DNA from: Flavobacteriales bacterium TMED96
GTDB taxonomy: Bacteria > Bacteroidota > Bacteroidia > Flavobacteriales > Flavobacteriaceae
Assembly (NCBI GenBank): GCA_002171475.2
Contig: NHEX02000054.1
Location: forward strand, 5,535-69,534
Direction of reading: 5' to 3'
DNA length: 64,000 nucleotides
Shown here: positions 11,340 to 20,854 of the stretch, in pieces
How the letters are laid out: every line of letters begins with the position of its first letter
How positions within the stretch are numbered: position 1 is the first letter of the stretch
Position numbers and translations under genes: made by a program
The notes under the pieces: generated by a model
The model's database searches: none
What the model was told of the DNA's origin: nothing
Seen by the model: the letters and a program-made list of their open reading frames with translations, nothing else

Positions 11340-13187
11340 CTCCGAATCGTAAATTTCTTCCTTTACTAGAATAATTTAATATTTCCACATATTCTTTGTT
11401 GAATATATTATTAATCCAAAAATTAAAATTTATTTTTTTTTTTAGTAAATGAGTACCTCAAGTCCATTAGACCATATGAATTAAGTACTTCCGCACCTCC
11501 TAAAGCTTCTCTTTTGCCTCTATACCTGTAGATAAAAGATAATTGCTTGTTTTTTTTTAAGATTATATGTAATTGATTCATTAAAAGAGTGTTTTGGAAG
11601 TCTTTGTAAAGTTCCTCTTTTAAGTTCATTGAAGGTATAATTGAAATTAAAATCTGTTTTTTTTAAAATTTTATTTGAATAATCAATTTCAACACCCCTA
11701 AAAATTAAATCTGACGGAGAGTTTGTATATCCTCCTGTAAAAGTTGAAAAGTCATATTCATAAATAATCTTCGGATTTTCTCCTCTTTCAAAAAAAACTA
11801 TCGATAGATTTTTTTTTTGGTTAGCCATTTCAATTCCAATTTCCTTTGAAATACTTTCCTCTGGCTGTAAATCCCTATTCCCTGAATAAGGATCATAAAG
11901 TTGATACAAGCTTGGCGCAATGAATGCTGAGTTTAAAGTTGCAAATATTTTAATGTTTTCTAATTCTTTAAAATCAATATTATAGGAAGGATTTAAACTG
12001 TATGTGAAGAAGTTACCATATGTGTGGTGATTATTAATTCGTCCTCCTAAACTGAAATTTAAATTTTTACCACTCAAATAAACAATATTTGAATATAACC
12101 CTACCTGACTAATATTTGGAACACCATCATAACCAGAATTTTGAAAAAGTATCCCCTGAACTGAATAAATTTTATCTGAAATTTTGAATTTGTTAATAAT
12201 TTCTGCGCTTTTATTTATTGATTCGAATGTCAACGGATAATTATCTCTGTATTCTCGACTAGTGTTTTGGTAGCCAACCGTAAGAGAAATTTCACCCTTA
12301 CGGTATTGGTATTTAAATCTTGAACTGAGTGACTCTAAAAAACTTAGTCCAATAAAATTTGCATCTTCAATTGGGAAGGAATTGTCATAACCATTTTTAA
12401 TTTGAGATTTGTTTAAAATAACATACCATTCAATAGGCCCATCTTTACTAGATAAATTGAGATTAAAATTATATTTAGAAAAATTATCAATCTCTAAACC
12501 ATTTGATATAGCACTCATCCCGTTGGTATTTAGAGTTGATAAATTAAATCCTAACTTTAAAAAACTTAAATCTTTAGTAAAACCCAAATTTGAAGAAAAG
12601 TAAGTCAGGTCGTCTAATTTTCTTTTTGTATCATTTTCTGTCCCAGTAAATAAATCAATACTTAAGGACTCACTTTTGTTACTTTTTTTTGTTGTAATAT
12701 TAATAACACCTGCTGAAGCAGAACTCCCATATAATGAACTTGAAGCACCTTTTAGAATCTCGATAGACTCAATTTGATTTATATTCAAAAAATTTATATC
12801 AAAATCATTATCAATTCGGGAAGGGTCTGATATTCTAACCCCATCAATTAAAATAAGAACCTGATTGTTATTACTACCTCTGATTGCATATCTTAAGTTT
12901 TGACCAGTAATTGACGCATTCCCTAAAGTGATTATTCCAGCTTTGGTTGACAACAGTTCAGAAATATTTCTTCCACGAAATTTTTTTAAATCTGTGCTAT
13001 CAATTTTAATAATACTCCTTCCAGATTCTCTTCTTTTTATTGGAATTTGACTTTCAATTAATGTTATTTCATCTAAATAAAATGTTTTTGTGTCTAATGA
13101 ATCCTTTTTTATATTCAAATCTTGGGCTTTTAGGTTATTGGTAATATAAAAGACACACAAGAGTACGATTTTCACTTTTGCTTTCAT
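11323..13187 (-). pseudogene. btuB: TonB-dependent vitamin B12 receptor (BtuB-like); the frame is broken twice at poly(A) runs, possibly through sequence error
   Basis: The 555-aa ORF (11520..13187) has a signal peptide, a plug domain (DEITLIES, RESGRSI) and barrel repeats. The frame then passes to ORF 11423..11629 (...SFIYRYRGKREALGGAEVLNSYGLMDLRYSF) and on to a third frame ending ...NIFNKEYVEILNYSSKGRNLRFGVSYEF*, the canonical TBDR C-terminus, with its stop at 11323-11325. The breaks are at 11550-11558 and 11433-11443. A cobalamin riboswitch lies directly upstream. Confidence 0.85.
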
Positions 13188-13239
13188 ATATGTAATAAAT
13201 TAGTATGTAGATTTTTTAGTCCCGAAAAAATCATACAAT

Positions 13240-13400
13240 CTTTACTGGCAGGTCTCCTGGCTTGCTTTTTTCTATTCGCCTTCCCAAAAAAATCAGTGGC
13301 ATTGAGTTTATAGAAAAAACCTAAATAGGTATTAGCTTACAGTTGCGGGAACAGCATTGTCTTTAAATCCAATTTCCCTTTTAATCTTCTAAATTTTAGA
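13240..13400 (-). promoter_or_regulatory. cobalamin (B12) riboswitch in the btuB leader
   Basis: The minus strand reads AAAGGGAAAUUGGAUUUAAAGACAAUGCUGUUCCCGCAACUGUAAGC ... GCCACUGAUUUUUUUGGGAAGGCG ... AGCCAGGAGACCUGCCAG. The last block is the B12 box, at plus-strand 13247-13262. All three conserved blocks of the RF00174-type aptamer appear in the right order. An 8-bp hairpin (13210-13232) follows, before the ATG at 13187. Confidence 0.88.
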
Positions 13401-13437
13401 AAAACCAATATTTAAATTTATATATAATTTAAATAAA

Positions 13438-13929
13438 TTATGCAGAAATAAATTTTAATTTCTCAACAGCTTTATAGGATCTAAAAAGAATGAAAGAGTA
13501 AAATAAATCACCCAAAATGGTATTTATAAAGAAAGGTATCGCTAATGTAAAACATGTTATTAATCCTTCAATATTTTTAGGATAGCCTAAATACCAAACT
13601 CCAAGATTGGTTAAAATAAAAAAAATGACCGATGACAAAAAAACTGTTTTTACATCTATTTTCGTCGCTATAGTTCCTAAAAAATAAATTATAATAAATG
13701 ATAGATAGACGAAAATATTTATAAAACTTAATCCAATAAATAAATCTGAAATAAACAACGGTATAATTGGGAGTATAACTCCAAATAATTTGTTTTTAAT
13801 TTTTTTTGAAGAAAAAAGAGCAATCCCAGTTATTGGAGCAAAATTTGGCGGGTGAGGGACTATTCTTGACAGAACTGCCAAAATAATGATACTTGCTATT
13901 AGTATATTTTTATTTCTTTCTTTTATCAA
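13438..13929 (-). CDS. small polytopic membrane protein, DUF6580-like putative transporter
   Basis: 163 aa with about 5 TM segments. Motifs RIVPHPPNFAPITGIALFS, ILTNLGVWYLGYP and AIPFFINTILGDL resemble what I recall of the DUF6580 putative transport family. The family assignment is from memory and was not searched. Confidence 0.45.
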   Translation of the reverse strand: MIKERNKNILIASIIILAVLSRIVPHPPNFAPITGIALFSSKKIKNKLFGVILPIIPLFISDLFIGLSFINIFVYLSFIIIYFLGTIATKIDVKTVFLSSVIFFILTNLGVWYLGYPKNIEGLITCFTLAIPFFINTILGDLFYSFILFRSYKAVEKLKFISA

Positions 13930-13936
13930 GTTATAA

Positions 13937-16786
13937 TTATTTAGTTAAGTACATTTTCCTTCTAGAATACAAGTTATAAAAATCGTCGTCTTTTAGATTA
14001 TTTATAAAAAGAATACTCTCTCCAGTACTTTTCATTTCAGGACCAAGTTGTTTATTAACGTTTGGAAATTTATTAAATGAAAAAACAGGTTGTTTTATAG
14101 CGTAGCCCTCTAATTTGGGCTTAAATTCAAAATCTTTTAGTTTGTTTTTCCTTAGCATTACTTTGGTAGCGTAATTAACATAAGGTTCGTTATAAGCTTT
14201 GGCAATAAATGGAACTGTACGTGAAGCTCTTGGGTTGGCTTCAATAACATATACTTTTTCATCTTTAATTGCAAACTGAATATTTATTAAACCAATTGTC
14301 TTTAAAGCTTTTGCAATTTTTAATGTGTGATCTTTTATTTGCTGGAGCACGTATTCACCAATATTAAAAACTGGAAGGGTAGAATTTGAATCACCAGAAT
14401 GAATACCACATGGTTCAATATGCTCCATGATACCGATTATATATACAGATTCACCGTCTGAAATAGCATCTGCTTCAGCTTCAATTGCACCATCTAAGTA
14501 ATGGTCTAGCAACAACTTGTTATTTGGTATCTTTCTTAGAAGATCCACTACATGAGCTTCTAACTCATCTTTATTAATAACAATCTTCATCCCTTGTCCA
14601 CCAAGAACGTAGGAAGGTCTTACGAGTATTGGAAAATTTAATTTTTTAGAAAGTTGAATAGCTTGTTCAGCATTTTCAGCTACACCAAAGTCAGGATAGG
14701 GTATCTTATTTTTTTTTAATAGATTAGAGAAGCTACCTCTATCTTCGGCTAAATCTAAAGATTTAAAACTGGTACCTATTATTTTGATTCCATACCGGTC
14801 AAGTTTCTCTGCTAGTTTGAGTGCAGTTTGACCTCCCAATTGAACTATCACTCCCTCTGGTTTCTCATGCTCAATAATGTCATAAATGTGTTCCCAAAAA
14901 ACAGGCTCAAAATATAATTTATCTGCAATGTCAAAATCTGTTGATACTGTCTCCGGATTACAATTTATCATAATAGTTTCATAACCACATTCTGAAGCGG
15001 CTAAAACTCCGTGAACACAGCAATAATCAAATTCAATGCCTTGCCCAATTCTGTTGGGTCCAGAACCTAAAACAATAATTTTCTTATTGCTTGAAACCTT
15101 ACTTTCGTTGTCAACAAAAGGTTTTTTTTGACGAATTTTCATTTCTGCCTCAAAAGTTGAATAATAATAAGGTGTTTTGGCCTGAAATTCGGCAGCACAA
15201 GTATCTACCAATTTGTAAACTCTATTTATTTTGAATTCATTTCTTAATTTATAAACTTCACTTTCAACACAACCAAGCATGTATGCAATTTGTCTATCAG
15301 CAAATCCTTTTTGCTTAGCCTCAAGAAGCAGATCTTTATCAAGATCTTTTATGTTGTAGCTTGATATTTTTTCTTCTAAGTCATATAATTCCTCAAATTG
15401 CTTTAGGAACCACATATCAATTTTTGTTATTTCGTGAATTTTTGACAATGAAATCCCCGACTGAATTGCGTCATAAATAACAAAAACTCTGTCCCAACTT
15501 GCGTTAGTAAGTTTATCAATTATTGTATTATAATCTTTATACCCCTTACCATCTGCACCAAGACCGTTTCTTTTTATTTCTAGAGATTGAGTTGCCTTGT
15601 GAAGGGCCTCCTGAAAAGAGCGTCCAATACCCATAACTTCACCTACTGATTTCATTTGCAATCCAAGAATTCTATCTGAGCCTTCAAATTTGTCAAAATT
15701 CCAACGTGGTATCTTAACAATTACATAATCAACTGATGGCTCAAACAAAGCAGATGTAGATTTTGTAATTTGATTGTCAACTTCATCCAAGGTATAACCT
15801 ATAGATAGTTTTGCAGCAATTTTAGCTATGGGATATCCTGACGCCTTCGATGCTAATGCAGAAGATCTAGAAACTCTTGGATTTATTTCTATCGCAATAA
15901 TTTCTTCTTTTTCGTCTGGACTAACGGCAAATTGAACATTGCAGCCTCCAGCAAAGTCACCTATATTCCTCATCATCTTAATTGCCATATCTCTCATCCT
16001 CTGAAACGTTTCATCAGATAAAGTCATCGTTGGTGCAACAGTGATAGAGTCACCTGTATGAATTCCCATTGGATCCATATTTTCAATAGAACAAATTATT
16101 ACGACATTGTCATTTTTATCCCTTAACAATTCTAATTCGTACTCTTTCCATCCCAACAGTGCCTTATCGATTAATACCTCATGAATTGGAGATGCTTCTA
16201 GACCCCTTGTAAGTAACTCTTCAAAATTTTCTGAATTATGAACAAATGAAGCACCTGTCCCCCCTAAAGTAAAAGAAGGTCTAATTACTAAAGGAAATCC
16301 AAAATTCTGAGCAATTTCTTTACCCTTTAGAAAAGAATTTGCTGTTTCGGCTGGTGCAACTGGAATGTCAATTTTTTTTAATAATTCCTTAAATCTTTGT
16401 CTATCCTCAGTAATATTAATAGCTTCAATATCAACTCCAATTATTTCAACATTGAAATCGTCCCAAATTCCCTTTTCATCTGCCTCTATGCATAAATTTA
16501 AAGCAGTTTGGCCACCCATTGTCGGAAGGACAGCGTCAATATTATTTTCTGACAGAATTTCAATTATTGATTTAGTATTTAAAGGTTTTAAATAGATATG
16601 ATCTGCCATAGTAGGGTCAGTCATAATTGTTGCGGGGTTCGAATTAATTAAATAAGTTTCTATTCCATCTTCGCGAAGTGAACGTAAGGCTTGACTCCCA
16701 GAATAATCAAACTCACAAGCTTGCCCAATTATTATTGGTCCTGAACCTATAATAAGAATTTTTTTTAAATCTTTTCTCTTAGGCAT
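13937..16786 (-). CDS. carB: carbamoyl-phosphate synthase large subunit (short form, no C-terminal allosteric domain)
   Basis: 949 aa with duplicated ATP-grasp halves (GSGPIIIGQACEFDYSG and GSGPNRIGQGIEFDYCC). It ends about 40 aa after GPEMKSTGE. Confidence 0.95.
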   Translation of the reverse strand: MPKRKDLKKILIIGSGPIIIGQACEFDYSGSQALRSLREDGIETYLINSNPATIMTDPTMADHIYLKPLNTKSIIEILSENNIDAVLPTMGGQTALNLCIEADEKGIWDDFNVEIIGVDIEAINITEDRQRFKELLKKIDIPVAPAETANSFLKGKEIAQNFGFPLVIRPSFTLGGTGASFVHNSENFEELLTRGLEASPIHEVLIDKALLGWKEYELELLRDKNDNVVIICSIENMDPMGIHTGDSITVAPTMTLSDETFQRMRDMAIKMMRNIGDFAGGCNVQFAVSPDEKEEIIAIEINPRVSRSSALASKASGYPIAKIAAKLSIGYTLDEVDNQITKSTSALFEPSVDYVIVKIPRWNFDKFEGSDRILGLQMKSVGEVMGIGRSFQEALHKATQSLEIKRNGLGADGKGYKDYNTIIDKLTNASWDRVFVIYDAIQSGISLSKIHEITKIDMWFLKQFEELYDLEEKISSYNIKDLDKDLLLEAKQKGFADRQIAYMLGCVESEVYKLRNEFKINRVYKLVDTCAAEFQAKTPYYYSTFEAEMKIRQKKPFVDNESKVSSNKKIIVLGSGPNRIGQGIEFDYCCVHGVLAASECGYETIMINCNPETVSTDFDIADKLYFEPVFWEHIYDIIEHEKPEGVIVQLGGQTALKLAEKLDRYGIKIIGTSFKSLDLAEDRGSFSNLLKKNKIPYPDFGVAENAEQAIQLSKKLNFPILVRPSYVLGGQGMKIVINKDELEAHVVDLLRKIPNNKLLLDHYLDGAIEAEADAISDGESVYIIGIMEHIEPCGIHSGDSNSTLPVFNIGEYVLQQIKDHTLKIAKALKTIGLINIQFAIKDEKVYVIEANPRASRTVPFIAKAYNEPYVNYATKVMLRKNKLKDFEFKPKLEGYAIKQPVFSFNKFPNVNKQLGPEMKSTGESILFINNLKDDDFYNLYSRRKMYLTK

Positions 16787-16807
16787 ATGTACTTATAAAA
16801 ATAAAAA

Positions 16808-16835
16808 AGGTGCAACTTATAACAAAGCAACACCT
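16808..16835 (-). terminator. weak hairpin plus T-tract between rpmH and carB (possible partial terminator)
   Basis: The minus strand reads AGGTG-N18-CACCT followed by TTTTTTATTTTTAT. The stem is only 5-6 bp, and the carB ATG is about 20 nt downstream. Confidence 0.25.
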
Positions 16836-16857
16836 CTATAATTTAAATTAAAATTTT

Positions 16858-17016
16858 TCACTTTTTATGGCTAGGTTCGGATGAAACGGATAATTTTTTT
16901 CTTCCTTTAGCTCTTCGACTGGAAATAACCTTTCTTCCGTTTGCTGTAGACATTCTTTCCCTAAAACCGTGTTTGTTTTTTCTTTTTCTTTTAGATGGTT
17001 GATAGGTCCTTTTCAT
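16858..17016 (-). CDS. rpmH: 50S ribosomal protein L34
   Basis: Below the ORF-track size cut-off. Manual translation gives [52 protein letters not shown] (52 aa), a textbook L34. Confidence 0.92.
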   Translation of the reverse strand: MKRTYQPSKRKRKNKHGFRERMSTANGRKVISSRRAKGRKKLSVSSEPSHKK

Positions 17017-17049
17017 TTATATTAAAGGTTAAGGAGATTTAAAATCTTC

Positions 17050-17080
17050 CAAATATACAATAACTTTTAGTTTGGACAAT
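17050..17080 (-). promoter_or_regulatory. Bacteroidota-type promoter for rpmH (-33 ATTG, 19-nt spacer, -7 TATATTTG)
   Basis: On the minus strand, TTG lies at 17079-17077, followed by a 19-nt spacer and TATATTTG at 17057-17050, 33 nt upstream of the rpmH ATG. Confidence 0.5.
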
Positions 17081-17124
17081 AAGATTAAATTAATTAAAAT
17101 TCTTTTATTAATTTTAGAAGAAAT

Positions 17125-17640
17125 ATGATTCCAAAAATTTTTAAAATATTATTTTCATTGCTTCTAATGGGGTGGAGCTTTTATCAATTTTACGAGGATT
17201 TTATTGGTAATGGTATTTTTTATTTGTTTTTATCCTTATTCTTTATTCTTACATATTTTAAAAACGAATATATTTTTTTTGCATTTTTAAGATTAAGAAA
17301 ACAAGATTTTAGTGGAACTAAAAAATGGTTAAATAGGATTAAAAACCCTGATAGAACACTAATCAAAAAACAAATAGGTTATTATCACTATCTCTATGGA
17401 ATAATAGAATCGCAAAAAAATCTGACTTTAGCCGAAAAATCATTTCGTAAAGCCTTATCGTTTGGGTTGTCAATGAGTACAGACCTCGCTATGGCAAAAT
17501 TAAGTCTTGCAGGGATTTTAATTCAAAAGAGAAGAAAAAGAGAAGCAACAATTCTAATTGGTGAAGCTAAAAAATCTGACAAGCATAACATGCTTAGAGA
17601 ACAAATTAGATTATTAAAAACTCAAATTAAAAAAATTTAA
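17125..17640 (+). CDS. hypothetical membrane protein (2 N-terminal TM segments plus a helical, TPR-like tail)
   Basis: 171 aa. Long ORF with ordinary codon usage; I do not recognise a family. Confidence 0.4.
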   Translation: MIPKIFKILFSLLLMGWSFYQFYEDFIGNGIFYLFLSLFFILTYFKNEYIFFAFLRLRKQDFSGTKKWLNRIKNPDRTLIKKQIGYYHYLYGIIESQKNLTLAEKSFRKALSFGLSMSTDLAMAKLSLAGILIQKRRKREATILIGEAKKSDKHNMLREQIRLLKTQIKKI

Positions 17641-18563
17641 ATCTTATCTGAAGGTATTGATATTGTGTAAACCTTCCTGGATTTGTTGTTTAAATGGTTC
17701 TCTAAAAGCCATGGATTATGAATTTTAAAATTTTTATAATTTAATCCATAATCTTTTGAAAAATCAGATATATTATTTATTGGCTTATCAATTTTTATTT
17801 TTTTGTATTCTATTGGTTTATACATCTGCCCTTCGTCTACATAGAAACCAAAACTTTCAGGAGATTCAACAATATTTTTTAATGCTATGATTCTAAATAC
17901 ATATCTTTTTGTTTCATCCCCAAATAAAATATTTTCGTAAGTCGTTTGATTTTGATTTGCTATTTTATTTTGTACTCCACTCATTCCTCTATTGTAGGCC
18001 GCTGCAGCAAGTGTCCATGAACCAAATTTATCTCTAGCTTTCTTTAAATATTTACTTGCTAATCTTGTAGATAGATTTAGATTATACCTTTCATCAACAT
18101 TACTATTTATCTCTAGTCCATATTCTTTTCCAGTAGTCTTCATAATTTGCCAAAACCCCTTCGCCCCACTTGGAGAAGTTACATTTTCCAAACCACTTTC
18201 TATTAATGCTAAATACTTAAAATCAGTAGGAACTCCTTCGTCGATAAGAATTTTTTCAATTTGAGGAAAATATTTATTAGCCCGTTTAATCAAGAGAATA
18301 GTATTGGACTGCCAGTAAGTATTTACAAGGAATTCTTTATCCATTCTTTCGATCAAATCATCTTCAGCTAGGGTAATTTCTTCACCAGCAAATGAAACTT
18401 TTTTTGGTATTGAAATAGGATATATATGATAATTTGATTCTTTACCGTTAGTTAAAAATCTAGTTTTTGAGATTCCAAATGAAATAAAGAACACAAAAAT
18501 CAAAATAACTAAAAAGGAAAAATTATTTAATAATTTTATTTTTTCAAAAAACTCTTTCTTCAT
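17637..18563 (-). CDS. lytic transglycosylase (SLT domain)
   Basis: 308 aa with an N-terminal TM anchor. It has the catalytic block LALIESGLENVTSPSGAKGFWQIM and the AAAAYNRG motif. Confidence 0.8.
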   Translation of the reverse strand: MKKEFFEKIKLLNNFSFLVILIFVFFISFGISKTRFLTNGKESNYHIYPISIPKKVSFAGEEITLAEDDLIERMDKEFLVNTYWQSNTILLIKRANKYFPQIEKILIDEGVPTDFKYLALIESGLENVTSPSGAKGFWQIMKTTGKEYGLEINSNVDERYNLNLSTRLASKYLKKARDKFGSWTLAAAAYNRGMSGVQNKIANQNQTTYENILFGDETKRYVFRIIALKNIVESPESFGFYVDEGQMYKPIEYKKIKIDKPINNISDFSKDYGLNYKNFKIHNPWLLENHLNNKSRKVYTISIPSDKI

Positions 18564-18635
18564 AATACAACTTTTAAAAATATGCTTATCTATACGTATT
18601 TAAAGTTAATTTATTAACAATTAATATCACTATAT

Positions 18636-20852
18636 TTGCAAGCAAAAATCAAAAAAATTAAAAGGGTTTTTCTTCTTTTTGCATTACTGTTTATAGAATT
18701 CACTATAGGACAAACTGCAAACGCAATCTTTATTGATTCTGACATAAATGTTGACGGTATAGCTGACGAATCTGAATGGGATAAAGCAAAATTCAATTCT
18801 GAATTTTGGCAGTATTTCCCCCTTGATTCAATTAAAGCTCCAGATCAAACAAATTTTAAAATTTTATATAATAATGAAAATTTATATGTTCTGATTGTAT
18901 CAGATTTTCAAGATAATAAATACGTTGTTTCATCTCTTAAGAGAGATTGGAGCTCAAGAAATAATGATTCAATGACTCTCGTGCTGGATACATTTAATGA
19001 TGCTACCAATGCATTTCTTTTTGGTATTTCGGCTGAGGGTGTAAGAAGAGAAGGTCTAATTTCAAATGGGGGAAACAGTTCAAATAGAGGTAGAGATTTC
19101 AGTTTTTCCTGGGATGTAAAATGGGAAGGTGAAGTATCGACAAATAAAAATATTTTAACAGCCGAATTAAAGATTCCACTTTCAAGTCTAAGGTATGATG
19201 ATAAATCAGCAAAATGGAGAATAAATATTTACAAGACTGACATTGGAAAAAATGTAGTTTCTAGTTGGGCGAAAATACCAAGAAACTTAAGTCGAGCAAG
19301 TCTTGCCTTCATGGGAAATCTTAATTTTGAAAAACCGCTTGGAAAATCAAAAACACCAATTTTTTTAATTCCTTATACCAGTGGATTGACTGGAAATAAC
19401 TTTGAAGATCAAAAAGGAATTTCCTCTTTCGGCCTTGGGGGTGATGCAAAATTAAGCATAGGAAGTGGAATGGTTCTAGATCTTACCTATAATCCGGATT
19501 TTTCTCAAGTAGAGGTTGATGACCAGATTATTAATTTAACTCGATTTGAGGTCCGTCTTCCAGAGAAAAGACAATTTTTTCTTCAAAACAGTGACCTTTT
19601 TTCAAGTTTTGGGAATAGCTATTCAGCACAACCTTTTTTTTCAAGAAGAATTGGAGTTGCAAAAGACTTGGATGGAAATACTATTCAGAATAAAATAATA
19701 GTAGGTGCAAGATTAAGTGGCAAAATAAATAAGAACCTTAGACTTGGATTTTTGAATATGATCACTGATAGTGACCCTGAAAATGAAATCTCTTCAAACA
19801 ACAACTCTGTAATTGCGTTACAACAGAAAATGTTTTCTAGATCATTCTTAGGTCTTATATTTATTAATCGAGAGAAATTAGAGGAAGATGAAATTGAAAA
19901 TGATCAAGCAAAATTCAATCGCGTTTTAGGAATTGACTATAATTTACAATCCAAAGACAGTAAATGGGTTGGTAAAATTTGGTATCATAAGTCATATGAA
20001 TCAAAAAATGTTAAAAATAATTTTTCTAACGGTCTATGGTTAAATTATAATTCAAGAAAGAATAATTTATTTTTAAGCAGTAGACAAATTAGTGATGAGT
20101 TTAACTCAGATCTTGGTTTTATAAGGAGAACTGGCATAAAATCTCATTTTATTAAATATGGCCATCGTCTTTGGATTGATTCAAAAAGAATAAGATCAAT
20201 TGAGTTGAGTCAACAACTTTATTTCGTAGATACCCCAAATTTATCAAATTTAATTACTGATAGAAATCATGAAACTCAAGGCGTGATTTCGTTTACCAAT
20301 CAATCAAAATTTGAATTAACTTATAATAGACGATATACATTTTTATTAGATGATTTTGATCCTGTTGGTGGTGAAAACAGTATTCCTCTTCCTTCAAATA
20401 ATGGCTTTTTCTACAATGACTTCGAGATGCAGTTCAGTTCAAATTACACGAAAAATTATTATTTTAATTTTCAAACAACTATAGGTCAATTTTACAGTGG
20501 TAACAGAGTTTCATTTAATACTGAGCTTTCCTATCGTATACAACCTAAATTTAGCGGAAGTATTAAACTCAGATACGATGACATATATTTTCCCTCTATA
20601 TATACTTACGGTAAATTATTTTTAATAGGACCAAAATTAGAGTATACATTTAATAAAAAACTTTTTTGGAACACTTTTGTTCAATATAGTTCAAAATCTG
20701 ATAACCTTGGGATAAATTCTAGGTTACAGTGGAGGTTTGCCCCTTTATCGGATTTATACTTAGTTTACAATGATAATTACTTTACTTATGATAATTTAGT
20801 ACCAAGAGTTCGAAGTTTAACTTTTAAATTAACTTATTGGCTAAATATATAA
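18636..20852 (+). CDS. large secreted or outer-membrane protein, CBM9-like N-terminus plus DUF5916-like beta-rich body
   Basis: 738 aa with a TTG start and a signal peptide. The N-terminal block IDSDINVDGIADESEWDKA is CBM9-like. The C-terminus (SLTFKLTYWLNI) has alternating beta-strand character. The family call is from memory. Confidence 0.45.
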   Translation: MQAKIKKIKRVFLLFALLFIEFTIGQTANAIFIDSDINVDGIADESEWDKAKFNSEFWQYFPLDSIKAPDQTNFKILYNNENLYVLIVSDFQDNKYVVSSLKRDWSSRNNDSMTLVLDTFNDATNAFLFGISAEGVRREGLISNGGNSSNRGRDFSFSWDVKWEGEVSTNKNILTAELKIPLSSLRYDDKSAKWRINIYKTDIGKNVVSSWAKIPRNLSRASLAFMGNLNFEKPLGKSKTPIFLIPYTSGLTGNNFEDQKGISSFGLGGDAKLSIGSGMVLDLTYNPDFSQVEVDDQIINLTRFEVRLPEKRQFFLQNSDLFSSFGNSYSAQPFFSRRIGVAKDLDGNTIQNKIIVGARLSGKINKNLRLGFLNMITDSDPENEISSNNNSVIALQQKMFSRSFLGLIFINREKLEEDEIENDQAKFNRVLGIDYNLQSKDSKWVGKIWYHKSYESKNVKNNFSNGLWLNYNSRKNNLFLSSRQISDEFNSDLGFIRRTGIKSHFIKYGHRLWIDSKRIRSIELSQQLYFVDTPNLSNLITDRNHETQGVISFTNQSKFELTYNRRYTFLLDDFDPVGGENSIPLPSNNGFFYNDFEMQFSSNYTKNYYFNFQTTIGQFYSGNRVSFNTELSYRIQPKFSGSIKLRYDDIYFPSIYTYGKLFLIGPKLEYTFNKKLFWNTFVQYSSKSDNLGINSRLQWRFAPLSDLYLVYNDNYFTYDNLVPRVRSLTFKLTYWLNI

Positions 20853-20854
20853 TT

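Noticed and set aside
11423-11629. 68-aa ORF as an independent small gene
   Set aside because: Its sequence (SFIYRYRGKREALGG...LRYSF) is the penultimate set of beta-strands of the BtuB barrel, so it is the middle fragment of the frameshifted receptor.
18628-18638. TATATTTG upstream of the 738-aa gene as a -7 promoter box
   Set aside because: Its TTG is the only available start codon of the ORF, so a transcript initiating downstream of the box would lack a start. It was treated as a chance match, which is expected roughly once per kb in this composition.
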